This document shows positions 1 through 13,400 of a DNA stretch of 64,000 nucleotides, one piece after another. The stretch's first letter is position 1. Every line of letters starts with the position of its first letter. The translations under genes and the position numbers were made by a program. A model generated the notes under the pieces. It did no database searches and was not told the origin of the DNA. It saw only the letters and a list, made by a program, of their open reading frames with translations. The stretch comes from Gekko japonicus (Eukaryota): NCBI RefSeq assembly GCF_001447785.1, contig NW_015161407.1:1246040-1310039 (forward strand), read 5' to 3'.

Positions 1-154
1 AATTTTTTAATCTCAGGTTAATTAGTGTGTTTTTGTTAGCAGAGATAGTTCTTCCTGTGTTGCAGATGGCTCCACTGATTATCCATTTTTATTATTGTTC
101 CACTACTATGTGTCCTATACCTTTTTGCTCATAGAAGTAACAATCTGCAATTTT

Positions 155-203
155 NNNNNNNNNNNNNNNNNNNNNNNNNNNNNNNNNNNNNNNNNNNNNN
201 NNN
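155..203. other. Assembly gap (49 N)
   Basis: N run. Confidence 1.
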
Positions 204-1301
204 TATCTAAAATATAAGCAGAATGTGTTAAATGTGTGAAATTTCTGGAAATTTTGAAACCACAAAGGAAAAACACAGCTGTGGGGGAAAATTGAAATAC
301 ATGCAATTACTTTGCTAGCCCCCAAATTTTACAGTTTTTCAAATTGAAAGATTTGAGGGATAGCAAAATAGTTACATATATTTCAGTTTTCCATTGGGAA
401 AAATTGAAAGGATCCTTAGACCTTGTTGTATATTTGGAATGAAAGAAATGCTTTGAAAGACAGTTTTTCTCACTCAAAAAGAGAAAATATTTTATGGGAG
501 GTTTTTGAATACTCTCTAAAATGTCCCAGTTCTTCCATTGGAAGAAAAAAAAATCTCAGACTTTTCATATTGTACATTTTGAGTGTGAAAAGAAACATTT
601 GACTCATTCTAAAAGAGAAAATATTTCACACAAGTTTTGTTTCAGTGTTGAAAAGCACATTTCCCTTCCTGACTTTTTTCCTATTTTTTTCTGGGCCTTC
701 ACATTTCTGCTTGCTATAGAAGAATGCTCTGGTTTTTGTTGTGCAGAATAGCTGTTTGGAGCATAGTTTCAGGCATATTTTCAAGATTGTCTGCTGCCAT
801 GTAATCCAGCATTATACACTTGGAGAACAGTGTGCACGGAAAGCTTCGGGACTGTAATGTCACGATTGCTTGAAGTATATAGGGATCCAGCCAGTTTTTT
901 GACTCAGTCTCACCCAAGTAACCTTATCCAGAGCCACTGTCCCAAGTGGTTTTTGTACATGCAGCAATCACGATTCCCCAGCATAACCTTTTTAAATGGC
1001 CAAGTGACCCCTCTTTCTTGTTTTCACTGGCACTTTTGCTGTTGGTACCTAACCAGGTACATAGGTGATCCAGGCAGGCCCCATTTATATTATGATGGTT
1101 CTTTAAGAAAAGATATGTTTTGTTCTGGTGCTGCTGTTATAAATGCTAACAGTAAAAAATTCACTTTTTAACAATATAAATTTACACGTAAGAAATTAAT
1201 TTCCATTCCTCAGTCTAGCCTAATGAAACTGTTACACAACTATTCATCAATGTTCTCGTTGCTTAAGTTGTGCATTTTTCACTTTTTGATTGATATTGCA
1301 G

Positions 1302-1463
1302 GACCACCACATCCTGTAAACCAGAGCGTTCAGCCTATAAGGCCTACCCAAGGAACTTCTTCAACTGTGACTTCTTCAGAAAGAACACCTGGTGTAGAGA
1401 AAACAACAAAGCCTACCATTGCCTCCTCCATCACACAACCGCCAGAGTCATTACTACATGAAG
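1302..1463 (+). CDS. SEC24B: SEC24B exon ([11 protein letters not shown]...[11 protein letters not shown])
   Basis: ttgcag acceptor, gtatta donor, 162 nt, phase 1-1; Ser/Thr/Pro-rich and in frame with the next exon. Confidence 0.75.
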
Positions 1464-4400
1464 GTATTAAAAAGTAGAAGAAGAGTTAAAAAAAACTTCT
1501 CATGCACTTCAGTATTACCTTTAAACTTAAAGCTAGGGACTTTTAAAACTTTACTTCTAAGCACGGGGTCCCTTTCGTGTTTTTTGGTAGAAAAGTAGTT
1601 TTGTTCTGAAGAGTAAATCCTTAATTTGACACTGTTTTTTCATTATGGCAAAGGACTTGTTTTACTGGATTCTGTTCATGAACTAGTTAGCCTACAGTAC
1701 ATGTGTGTAAGTAATTATCACACATACACACACAAGGCTGCTTTTGACAGCATGTTTGTTTTCACATCAAGGTAACTGTGGACTTCATTTGTATATTTGA
1801 AAAAGAACATGTGTAGCATGGTCTCCTTATTTTGTCTTGTCAGATTGGTATTGTGGGGCTCAGATTTCTCAGTATAATCCTTTGCAAGTCTAATAATTTT
1901 CTTTCAGAAATAAGTAGCTCTGGTTCAATATGGACCTTTATATGGTGATGATCCTTTGCACTAAAATAACATTAAAGACCTTCCCCTTCCTTCTGTAAGG
2001 ACAACCAAACCCCCAAAACCAAGATTCTAAGCGTTGGGATTTGTGAGGATCACTGCCATTTGTAGATATGATGTATCCTGCCATCTGGGGTTTGTAGCCC
2101 TTCTGCCAAAATCCACTGCTTTTGAAAGGTAGTCATATTTTAGCAAATTTCTTGAGGACAGGGTATTTCATAGTTGACAAATAGTCACAAATATTGTTGC
2201 CTGACAGGTCCTTCATTCCTAGCAGACGTGCTGTTGATTTTAGGAGATTGTAATGATGTATTGGAGTGGAGGTAGTCTGGCAGATATATCGGTCCAAACT
2301 ATTTAAGATTTAACAAGTCATAATCTTAAATGGCAACTGAAAGATAATAGAGGGCCAGTACAGATGCTGGAGTGTTGGTACAATGTGTTTTTGGTGACTC
2401 ACTCCACCAGCAAGTCATAGTTTTCTGTATTAGTTAAAGCTTGAACGATCATCAAGGGTAGTAAGGATATCATAAGGTGTCAGTGGTGGCTTACAACAAA
2501 ATGGGAGAGAAAAACTGCAGCTTTCTAAGCAGGGAGGTGATAGTACCTAAGCAGGGAGGTGATAGTTGCCTCTCACAGAATCCAGGATGTCAAGCTTGAG
2601 TGACTTGGGTAGAAGGAAATGAACTTCCACTGAGGACTGGCACTAGGCAGACAACAAGACCTGTTTGGTGTCTTGTTCCCTGAATGAGTTATTACTGGTT
2701 ATTGCCAAACTGACTTTTGGGTCAAGATTGAACCTCTGGTTCTGACTGTTTTCTGAGTTTTGATCCCCAAGGGAACAGAATCTCAGTAATTGTGTCGGCA
2801 AAATAGGTCCCAAAGTGATCCTTCTGTGTTAACAGTGGCTTGATTTTTTTCAAATAGATATGGCTGTGTTTTATAATTCAACACTTGTTCCAATGGATGA
2901 CTGAGAGGTTTTGCAGCTTCTGTGGAAATGTCATTTATGCCTTAAGTGTGGCAAGATTAAGATAACATTGTAAATAATTTAAATAAAAATTAACTGTTAA
3001 CTTATATTTTAAAGTATATACTATACTATTCGCTATCTCAGTTGATTGGTATAGATCAAACCATGGTTGGAAACATCAGATTAATAAGTGATTATTTTAA
3101 AAAAAACTTTTGCAGTCAAATGTGACAGTTCAGTTTCATTAAAGGTAAAGGTTCCCTTGCTCAAAAGCCAGTCGAATCTGACTCTAGGGTTGCGGCGCTC
3201 ATCTCTGTTTCAAAGCCGAAGAGCCAGTGCTGTCCGAAGACGTTTCCGTGGTCATGTGGCCGGCATGACTAAACACCAAGGTGCACGGAACGCTGTTACC
3301 TTCCCACCGAAGTGGTACCTATTTATCTACTTTATTATCATAGTGTTTTGAGGAGGCAAGTAATGTGGTCAGGCAGATTAGTGTATGCCTGGGGGTGTTG
3401 GGCAATTTACAATCCAAAACCACAGACTGCAGGCTTTCACATTATTTGAATGACGTTTCTTAATGACATCTAAACATTCTAGCAAAAGTTGGATTCTCTT
3501 TGTCTAGATGAGGGTTCTAGTAGAAATAAGGAGAAAATTAAGAGATTGGTGGATTCTTTTATTTCCACATTTATATTTTACTGAAAGCCTGCAGTCTGTG
3601 GTTTGGATTGTAAATTGCCCGACACCTCCAGGCATACGCTATTCTGTCTGTTCATATTATTTGAAAGCAAGTCCCACTGAATTCAGTGGTGCTTACGCCC
3701 CTGTACTTGTGTATGAGATCATGTTCTTCACACTGCCTCACATTCATGCCTGGATGGAAAAGAAGGGAAAGCCTAATTTAATTGATGGAGGCAAAGGTAC
3801 AGAAGTTATTCTTGTTCTTTTCCTGCCTAGAGAGAATGTGCCGTAGGCGTGAACATCACAGTATTGCACAGACATATGATGATAAGCCCCAGTGAACTTG
3901 GTTACAGTTCAATCCAATGCATGTCTGTTTGAAAGCAAATCCTGCCAAGTTTCTCTCTCTCTCTGCACAATTCTGGCTCTCTCCTCCCAGGCAGGGATAT
4001 GTGCTGTCTGTGGAGAAGCTTCATTGCCTCAAATACAATACCATATAAGAGATGTCTGATAGGTTAGGTTTTCAAGGTACCTCTGGTGATGGTCTTTATT
4101 TTAAATTTCTCTTCAACTTTACATGCTTCTCAACACTGACTGATAATGTTGACATTGATGATGATCACTGTGTTTTGGAACCTAATTTTTAAAAGATGCA
4201 TGTTATGACTGATCTACATAATATAATGTAATAGGTAAAAGAGTGCCTAAAAGTGGTGCCTTCACATACTGTGGCTTCTACATGTCCATTCAGACTTAGA
4301 CAGATATGCTGCAGAGGTAGAAAAGTATTTGTTGAATATATGTATGTTTGTACAGTTTCTGCTAAGCACTGTCTGAACTGCAAGAAGAACTCTTTAATTG

Positions 4401-7400
4401 ATCTCAGAGTTCTTGTACAATAGAAAATTTGACTGCCATATGGAAATCCAGAGACGTCATGAGTGTATTTCAGATCAAGAAAAATTCAGAATAACGTTAG
4501 TTGTTTAATCATAATAGCCACACAAGAGTGTGTTCCAAAACATGAATGTTGCTTCATATTTATAAATGTTATACCTCATTCTCATGGTTAGGAAGAGAAT
4601 GTGTGGAGAGAGCTTTTACTTTCTGCAGTTGACATAACCCCATGTGTTTTCCTTTGCTTAATCACAACCCGAGGGTAGAGGACTGTTGATATGTAATGAT
4701 GTCCTTAGTTGTTGAAACAATGTGGGTGAATTATGGACAAGTAACATTTTGTACTCATTTCATGCATGACTAGCTTATTACCAAAGTTCTGTCACTTTGG
4801 AAATCAGTAAAGACGTTGAAGTAGCATGCCAAAGGACATGGAAAGGGTTGCATAGTGAAATGTGTATCTGTTCCCGTGATACTTGTGAAATCCAAAAAAA
4901 AATTAACTTCTGAAAATGTGCTCCACTGAGTTGTTTAGTTTTACTAACTTTGTTTGTCTGCCTCTAATATTTAACCAAATCGTGCTACTGAAAATTGCCA
5001 GCTAAACTGCTTTAAAGAGATACTTTTCATGTTAGGATGTCCTTTACAATNNNNNNNNNNNNNNNNNNNNNNNNNNNNNNNNNNNNNNNNNNNNNNNNNN
5101 NNNNNNNNNNNNNNNNNNNNNNNNNNNNNNNNNNNNNNNNNNNNNNNNNNNNNNNNNNNNNNNNNNNNNNNNNNNNNNNNNNNNNNNNNNNNNNNNNNNN
5201 NNNNNNNNNNNNNNNNNNNNNNNNNNNNNNNNNNNNNNNNNNNNNNNNNNNNNNNNNNNNNNNNNNNNNNNNNNNNNNNNNNNNNNNNNNNNNNNNNNNN
5301 NNNNNNNNNNNNNNNNNNNNNNNNNNNNNNNNNNNNNNNNNNNNNNNNNNNNNNNNNNNNNNNNNNNNNNNNNNNNNNNNNNNNNNNNNNNNNNNNNNNN
5401 NNNNNNNNNNNNNNNNNNNNNNNNNNNNNNNNNNNNNNNNNNNNNNNNNNNNNNNNNNNNNNNNNNNNNNNNNNNNNNNNNNNNNNNNNNNNNNNNNNNN
5501 NNNNNNNNNNNNNNNNNNNNNNNNNNNNNNNNNNNNNNNNNNNNNNNNNNNNNNNNNNNNNNNNNNNNNNNNNNNNNNNNNNNNNNNNNNNNNNNNNNNN
5601 NNNNNNNNNNNNNNNNNNNNNNNNNNNNNNNNNNNNNNNNNNNNNNNNNNNNNNNNNNNNNNNNNNNNNNNNNNNNNNNNNNNNNNNNNNNNNNNNNNNN
5701 NNNNNNNNNNNNNNNNNNNNNNNNNNNNNNNNNNNNNNNNNNNNNNNNNNNNNNNNNNNNNNNNNNNNNNNNNNNNNNNNNNNNNNNNNNNNNNNNNNNN
5801 NNNNNNNNNNNNNNNNNNNNNNNNNNNNNNNNNNNNNNNNNNNNNNNNNNNNNNNNNNNNNNNNNNNNNNNNNNNNNNNNNNNNNNNNNNNNNNNNNNNN
5901 NNNNNNNNNNNNNNNNNNNNNNNNNNNNNNNNNNNNNNNNNNNNNNNNNNNNNNNNNNNNNNNNNNNNNNNNNNNNNNNNNNNNNNNNNNNNNNNNNNNN
6001 NNNNNNNNNNNNNNGTGGCTTCTACATGTCCATTCAGACTTAGACAGATATGCTGCAGAGGTAGAAAAGTATTTGTTGAATATATGTATGTTTGTACAGT
6101 TTCTGCTAAGCACTGTCTGAACTGCAAGAAGAACTCTTTAATTGATCTCAGAGTTCTTGTACAATAGAAAATTTGACTGCCATATGGAAATCCAGAGACG
6201 TCATGAGTGTATTTCAGATCAAGAAAAATTCAGAATAACGTTAGTTGTTTAATCATAATAGCCACACAAGAGTGTGTTCCAAAACATGAATGTTGCTTCA
6301 TATTTATAAATGTTATACCTCATTCTCATGGTTAGGAAGAGAATGTGTGGAGAGAGCTTTTACTTTCTGCAGTTGACATAACCCCATGTGTTTTCCTTTG
6401 CTTAATCACAACCCGAGGGTAGAGGACTGTTGATATGTAATGATGTCCTTAGTTGTTGAAACAATGTGGGTGAATTATGGACAAGTAACATTTTGTACTC
6501 ATTTCATGCATGACTAGCTTATTACCAAAGTTCTGTCACTTTGGAAATCAGTAAAGACGTTGAAGTAGCATGCCAAAGGACATGGAAAGGGTTGCATAGT
6601 GAAATGTGTATCTGTTCCCGTGATACTTGTGAAATCCAAAAAAAAATTAACTTCTGAAAATGTGCTCCACTGAGTTGTTTAGTTTTACTAACTTTGTTTG
6701 TCTGCCTCTAATATTTAACCAAATCGTGCTACTGAAAATTGCCAGCTAAACTGCTTTAAAGAGATACTTTTCATGTTAAGATGTCCTTTACAATGCTTGG
6801 TTTTGCACTCTCTCTTAATGCTCTGTGTTGTGCTTTCAATTTCTTACCTTTCCTGACGGTCTGATTCTTGTGTTTGTGCTTTCCACTTCACAGGCATGCA
6901 GTATGGTGGATATGTTAATAATCAAGCTAGCTCTCCAGCAACTCCCTTGTCATCAAGTACAGATGATGAGGAAGAGGATGAGGAGGATGAGGAAGCAGGT
7001 CTGCTTTAGCTTTGCACTAGTATTTCTCACATTTCATGCCCATTTTTGATTATCCTAATAACTGAAGAAGTCAAAAATTCTGTTTTATATAGGAGTTAAA
7101 GATAGAGATCAGTAATTAAAAAAACCCTCTTCAGTAAGCATTTCACTTAGAATCAAAAGCATGGAAGCGCATACTGAATTATCAGTTGGGCTTTTTAAAA
7201 ATAATTATCATGGGTTCTGGTAAAGTTCTGTGGTGCCTTTGCATCATTTCTTATGTTAGAAATAACGTGCTCTTTGTTGACCTCATCATAAACACAGATT
7301 GCTTTCTTTGCAGTTAAATATGTTATCATATTTTGGTATTTAGCGGGTATGAGAAAGTTATCCATAAATAACTGCAGTCCTAAACAGACTTAAACTCTTC

Positions 7401-10400
7401 TAAGCCCATTGATTTCAGTAATCTTTAGAAGGGTGTAACTCTGTGTAGGATTACACTGACTGAATACACAGGTATCTTATGAGACCCACAAACTTCTGTG
7501 GCAACTTGCATTTTTTTACATTTTATTGTGCAGATAAACATATGCATGTGATATCTTCATGGTAATATATTTGCCAGTCTATTTCAGTTGGCTTTATTCA
7601 TTTTTGCCATGAGTATTATTATTCAGTGGACACATTATTTTACTTTAAGCTTAGGCATACTTCAAAAAAATAGAGTCTAGCACATATGATTTAAGTCCAA
7701 CTGCCACAATTAAAAAAATTCTTAAGTTGTGCTATATAGACAGAGTAGGTTTTTAAATTAAGATTTAGAATGATACATTTACCATTTATTTAAAACTATC
7801 TGTTGCTATATTAATGAAGAATTAATCGTGCTCTTATGCTGCTTGTGCTCTTATGCATTCCCCGAGGTGGTGGTGCATGGGAATGTTGCCAATTTGGCAT
7901 GCATAGATATGCCCTCAGGGGTGTGTTAGTGGTTAAAAATTGACTTTAAATTTTAATGCATCAAAGTTCATTTGTTCAGTTAGCTAAAACAGATCTTAGA
8001 ACTTTAGAATCCTTCCAAAATAAATTAAAATATAAAGTGCACATATTTGAGTACTGGATTATCTTTAGTCTGAAAAAGGTAGCCTACTGTAGTGAGTGTT
8101 GCAAAGTAAACAAAACCAAAATAAGCAAATAGAATGCAAAGTATATCATATTAGTAATATATAATGGTTATGTGGGTTAGTATAAGTAGAAATGTGTGTT
8201 GCTGAAGGATGTGGTTCAGTCTGAATTAAAGAGTGCAGACTAGGGCTGCGATCACACACACTAAATAATACACTTTCAATACACTTTCATATTGGATTTT
8301 GCCAGTTCACACATTCTTTGACCTCTCGTTTTCCTCAACATTTATAGAGTCCTTTGGGGAACAGTTAATTTTTTTAAAAAAGTAAATGAATTAGTGATGT
8401 GATAGCCAAAATTTAATATTGATAATCTCTTGAAATCTAGGATAGGAAGGCAAAGAGTTTGCACCAAGAGGTGTCTGGTAGTCAGTGCTTGGAGCATTCC
8501 TCTTCTCTTGTCCCAGTGACCATAGCTCAAGTCTTTCTTACTTTTCAGAATGTATGAGTGATGTGCATTTGTTCCTGTTTGCAGACTCTTTCCTCTGGCT
8601 TTGAAGTACTTGTGAGGGAAACCATGATATCAAGTAGTTTTAAATGGTTAACGTATAAATAATCTGTTTTCACTAACTTCTTTTCAAGCTGCTATTTTCT
8701 CATCACTTTTTCTTGTTGATAATTCTTTTTTAAAAAACTAGTTTTGTAGGCACAGGATCCTGTCTTGTATTCTTGTTATACAGTACTCTCATTTTCTTAG
8801 AGGGTTCCTTAATCTTTCTTATGTTAAAACAGTGGTTGGCATGCAAGTGAATAAATGTGTTCTTCTTTGATTTCTTCCCCTAGCTATTGACAGCTCTTCC
8901 ACTACTAGTAGTGCATCTCCTGTTCCCAACAATTATGATAACCTTGAAGGAGGTGGCTATCCAGGTAAATTCTTTCTGTTTAATGTTTTAATATTAACAT
9001 TATACTTGCAAAATATTAATATGTAAAAATGGATGTTTTGTCCAACTTCAGATGTGTAATTGAGTTTAACTTGAGATTCAAATCATGGGGGTTTGGGATT
9101 TTTTTTTTAAATAATCAGTTCTGCTTTCTAGGTACTGAGTTAAATAATACTGGGTTCCCTAACTGAATTGAGTTCCCTAAAGTTTATTTATTGTATTTTT
9201 ATACTGCTTTATTGGGTATATTTTATATGTTAGCTGCCTCGAATCCCGTTCAGGGGAGAGGGAGTGGGAAATAAATTTGATAAATAAAATAAACAAATAC
9301 TAACCATTTTCAAATAAATTTAGGTGGGTACCTGTGTGGGTCTGAAGCATCAGAACAGAGTTTGTGTCCAGTGGCACCTTTAACACCAGTTTTATTCTGG
9401 ATATAAGCTTTTGTGTGCACGCACACTTGGCGTGTCTGAAGAAGTGCATGTGCACACAAAAGTTCATTTTCAAATAAGTTATTAAGACAGCATTATAAAT
9501 ATGACACTCTAAAATAATTTTTTCCTTTCATCTATGTAACATACAGCTTTATACCCTGTATTACAGCTTCTGCAGAGTTGTTCAGATGCAATCCTGCATG
9601 CAATTATGAGAGGCCCTATTGAACTTGCTACCACGCAATACTCAGCTTAGTAAACATACAATGTGGCTAGCCAGCCATGGGGTATTTAATGGGAGCTGAA
9701 TATTACATACATTCCTTTGTAAAATAAGTTTCCCCTTTACATATCATTTTAAATTGTAATCTTGGTATCTGTCCAAACCTTGTGTTTATGTGCATCATTT
9801 CATTTTTGTCTGTTATCCTCCTATTGATATTTGATGTTTCCCATTTTATGCTGTAAAGAACTGCAGGACTGGGATTTTTTTTCCTGAGCTAAAGTTGATT
9901 AAGTGAAACTGCATCTTTATATTAGTGTAGAACATAGCGGGGGGTTGAGGTAGTATCATGAAATAGCCAGATTGCGTTTTCAATGAAAATGCTAGTCTGG
10001 TATCTGGTGATTGGAGCATCCAAGTAAGTTTTCCATAAAAGGAGGATGTGAAACTATTTAAGAAAGGTGGGTCAGTGGCAGTGAGCAACAGAGTAAGACT
10101 TTAGTTTAAGGAACAGACAAAAGAAGTCTCTGTCATTCATATTGACTTTAAGTCACTTGAAGAATGCCTCATTTTCAGCAATATTTCAAGGGACAGAAAT
10201 ATGTGAGAACAGGTTTTTGAGGTGGGCTGCCTGCTGCCTGATGGTCCTTTTGTTCCTTGACATTCGGGGGGAGTGTGGGGACAGGACTTTGTCTGCTTCT
10301 GTTTGGGGCACTTGCGTTTTTCAAGGGTCAAGGTTTCGGTGTTGACCTTCAAGGCCCTTAGCGATCATAGACCCACATACCTTTGGGACCGCCTCTCTCA

Positions 10401-13400
10401 ATTCCCTGGAAGAGTGTTACGCTCTAGCAATAAGAACCTGCTTGTGGTCCCCGGCCCAAGAGAGGTCCAACTGTCTTCAACTAGGGGCAGGGCCTTTTCA
10501 GCCCTGGCCCCTTCCTGATGGAACTCTCTCCCTGAAAATATTTGGGCCCTATGGGATTTACTACCTTTCCGTAAAGGCCTGTAGGGCAAAGATGTTCCTC
10601 CAGGCCTTCGGTTGAGGACAGCGATGGTTGGCACTCTCATACCCAGCCCTCCACACCCCTTCATTCAGGGAGCTGGTGGGAACAGAAATTTTTCTCCATC
10701 TTAAATAATGAAGTTGTATGGCTTGAAGTATATTGTTTAGTATATTTTAATTGTTGTTTAATGGAGCATCACTATGTTTACTTGATGCAAGCCGCCCTGA
10801 GCCCTGCTTGCAGGGAAGGGCAGCCTAGCAAGTTGAATTTAATAAATAAAGTAAAGAAGTGCATTAAAATGGAACATTGATCTTTGTAGACACACGCTCC
10901 ACAACAAGTAGTCCAGCTCCTGTTTCTTCAGTTTCCCAGATGTCAAAACCCTCTAAACCTTTTGGCTACGGGTACCCTACTCTCCAGCCTGGATATCAGA
11001 ATGTAACACCCCCACCTGCCATGCAACCAAATAACTCTGGATATAATTCTGGGTTTCCTCAGTACCCACAGGTTAGTGATTGGAAGATCCTTACATAAAA
11101 TATATGTTTGTCTGATGTCATTTTTGATAAAATGAAATGAATGCAGATGTATAACATGTTGCTAAGCAAGTACCAGGATTGGGATTCTATTTTTTTGATT
11201 TCAAAATAGATTCTTTATACTTCAGTTGAAATAAAAGGCCTATCAAACAAAATCTGTATTGAATATTTTGCTTCTCCAAGCAATGGGGGCTTCAGAACAG
11301 TTTTCAGGGTCAGTTGCATTCAGTAGACAGCACGCAACTGGTTAGGCTGACATCTTGAAATACTGTTAAAAAGTTCTGGTTCTTCTGACTTCGTGTTCAG
11401 TAAAGCTGTTATCACTGTTCACCTGCTGCCTCAAGTCTCGTATCTAACAAAAAGGAATGATTAGAGAGGTGCAGCCCGTACGGACAGTGTTAGCCCCTAG
11501 CCCAGGGGTGTCAAACTCATTTGTTACAAGGGCCTGATCTGACATAAATGCCTCTTTGTTGGGCCATAAAATGTAATGCCAGGTACCGGAGATAGAAACT
11601 GTATAAAGGACGGCAGCTGGTAAGCTCTGAGTTGGTGTGTCCTCCCTGCAAGGTCCCCTGGGGTGGGAGGGGGGTGCAGAGGAAAACCCACAGAGGTGGA
11701 CTGGAGATGCAGCAGTGCCGTACTGGGCAGATGCTCCTACAATGTTTGACTGGTGCAGGTGAGGTTGTTCTGCTGTGCTAAAGCCATAATGGAGTGGCTC
11801 TGCCCACTCCCCCCCCCCAGCACTCCCTCCCTTGCATCAGTTGCTTGCAGGCTGCATAAGAACCCTAGATGGGCCTGATCCAGCCCCCGGGCCTTATGTT
11901 TGACATCCCTGCCCTAGCCAGAACTCGGACATTCCTCAAGATCAGCCAGTCAAAGCCTAGCTGCTTTTTCTATCCATATTTCTAGCATCTCACATGGCAA
12001 AGAACCATGCCCACTGTTCATAGAATCATAGAGTTGGAAGTGGCCATACAGACCATCTAGTCCAACCCCCTGCCCAATGCAGGACCAGCCTAAAGCATCT
12101 CTGACAAATATTCATCCAGCGTTTTCTTGAAAGCTGTCAGTGAAGGGGAGCTAACCACCTCCCTAGGCAGCTGATTCCACCTTTGAACTACTCTGACCGT
12201 GAAAAAGTTTTTCCTAGTATCAAGCCGACACTTTCTGCATGTAATTTAAACCCGTTGCTTCGCGTCCTATCCTCTGCTGCCAACTGGAACAGCTCCTTGC
12301 CCTCCTCCAAATGACAGCCTTTCAGATATTTAAAGAGCAATCATGTCCCCCCCTCAATTTCCTCTTCTCCAAACCAAACATTCCCAATGCCCTTAGCCTT
12401 TCCTTGTAGGGCTCAGTCTCCAGACCCCTGATCATCATCGTCACTCTCTTCTGCACCCTTTCGATTTTATCCACATTCTTTTTGAAGTGAGGCCTCCAGA
12501 ACTGCACTCAGTACTCAAGGTGTGGCATGACCAAGGCAGTATACAGAGGGGCTATGACATTCTGCGATTTTGATGCTATGGCCCTTTTAATATAACCCAA
12601 GATTGAATTTGCCTTTTTTGCCACTACATCACACTGACTGCTCATATTTAGTTTACAGTCCACCCTTACCCCAAGATCTCTTTCGCATACACTACTCCCC
12701 AGAAATGTATCCCCCATCCAGTATTTGTGCTTGACATTTTTGTGGCCCTGATGTAATAGTGTGTATTTATCTTTGTTGAATTGCATCCTGTTTGCAACTG
12801 CCCACTTCTGAGTATTCATCCAGATCATTGAACATCTCAAATTGTGGCTTGCAGAAGAACCTTTTTACAAACTATCTAGCTGGGAAGTTTTAAGGTGCTC
12901 CCTGTGTACAGATGAAGGCCTGCCTAACCAGAGTTACAGTGCAAGGCTGTTTTTCCATACTATTCATAGCAAATATAGCTCAGTCAATGTTTATATATTT
13001 AGAGAGGATAATATTTTGTTACTTGGAGAGCCAGTTTGGTGTAGTGGTTAGTAGTGTGGACTCTTATCTGGGAGAACTGGTTTTGATTCCCCACTCCTCC
13101 ACATGCAGCTGCTGGTGTGACCTTGGATCAGTCACAAATTCTTTCAGAGCTGTTCTCTCAAGAGTAGTTCTCAGAAGAGCTCTCTCAGCCCCACCTACCT
13201 CTCAGGGTGTCTGTTGTGGGGAGGGGAAGGGCAAGGAGATTGTAAGCCACTCTGAGACTCCTTCGGGTAGTGAAGGGTATAAATCCAATCTCTTCTCTTC
13301 TTCTTCTTAAATTGGCAGTGAATTAGCATAGATATGTGGATTGATATCTTAATGATAACAACAGTCTGGCTTAGAAGAAATTCCAGTTTTTTAAAGCAAA

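Noticed and set aside
204-720. Short inverted and direct repeats (e.g. ~288-318 vs ~361-390; AAAAGAGAAAATATTT twice)
   Set aside because: Too degenerate and next to a gap; probably an old MITE remnant that I cannot delimit.
4971-6167. 360-380 aa ORFs in the track
   Set aside because: Almost entirely X, from translating the N gap.
13030-13100. tRNA gene
   Set aside because: Only A/B-box-like motifs of a SINE head; no convincing cloverleaf.
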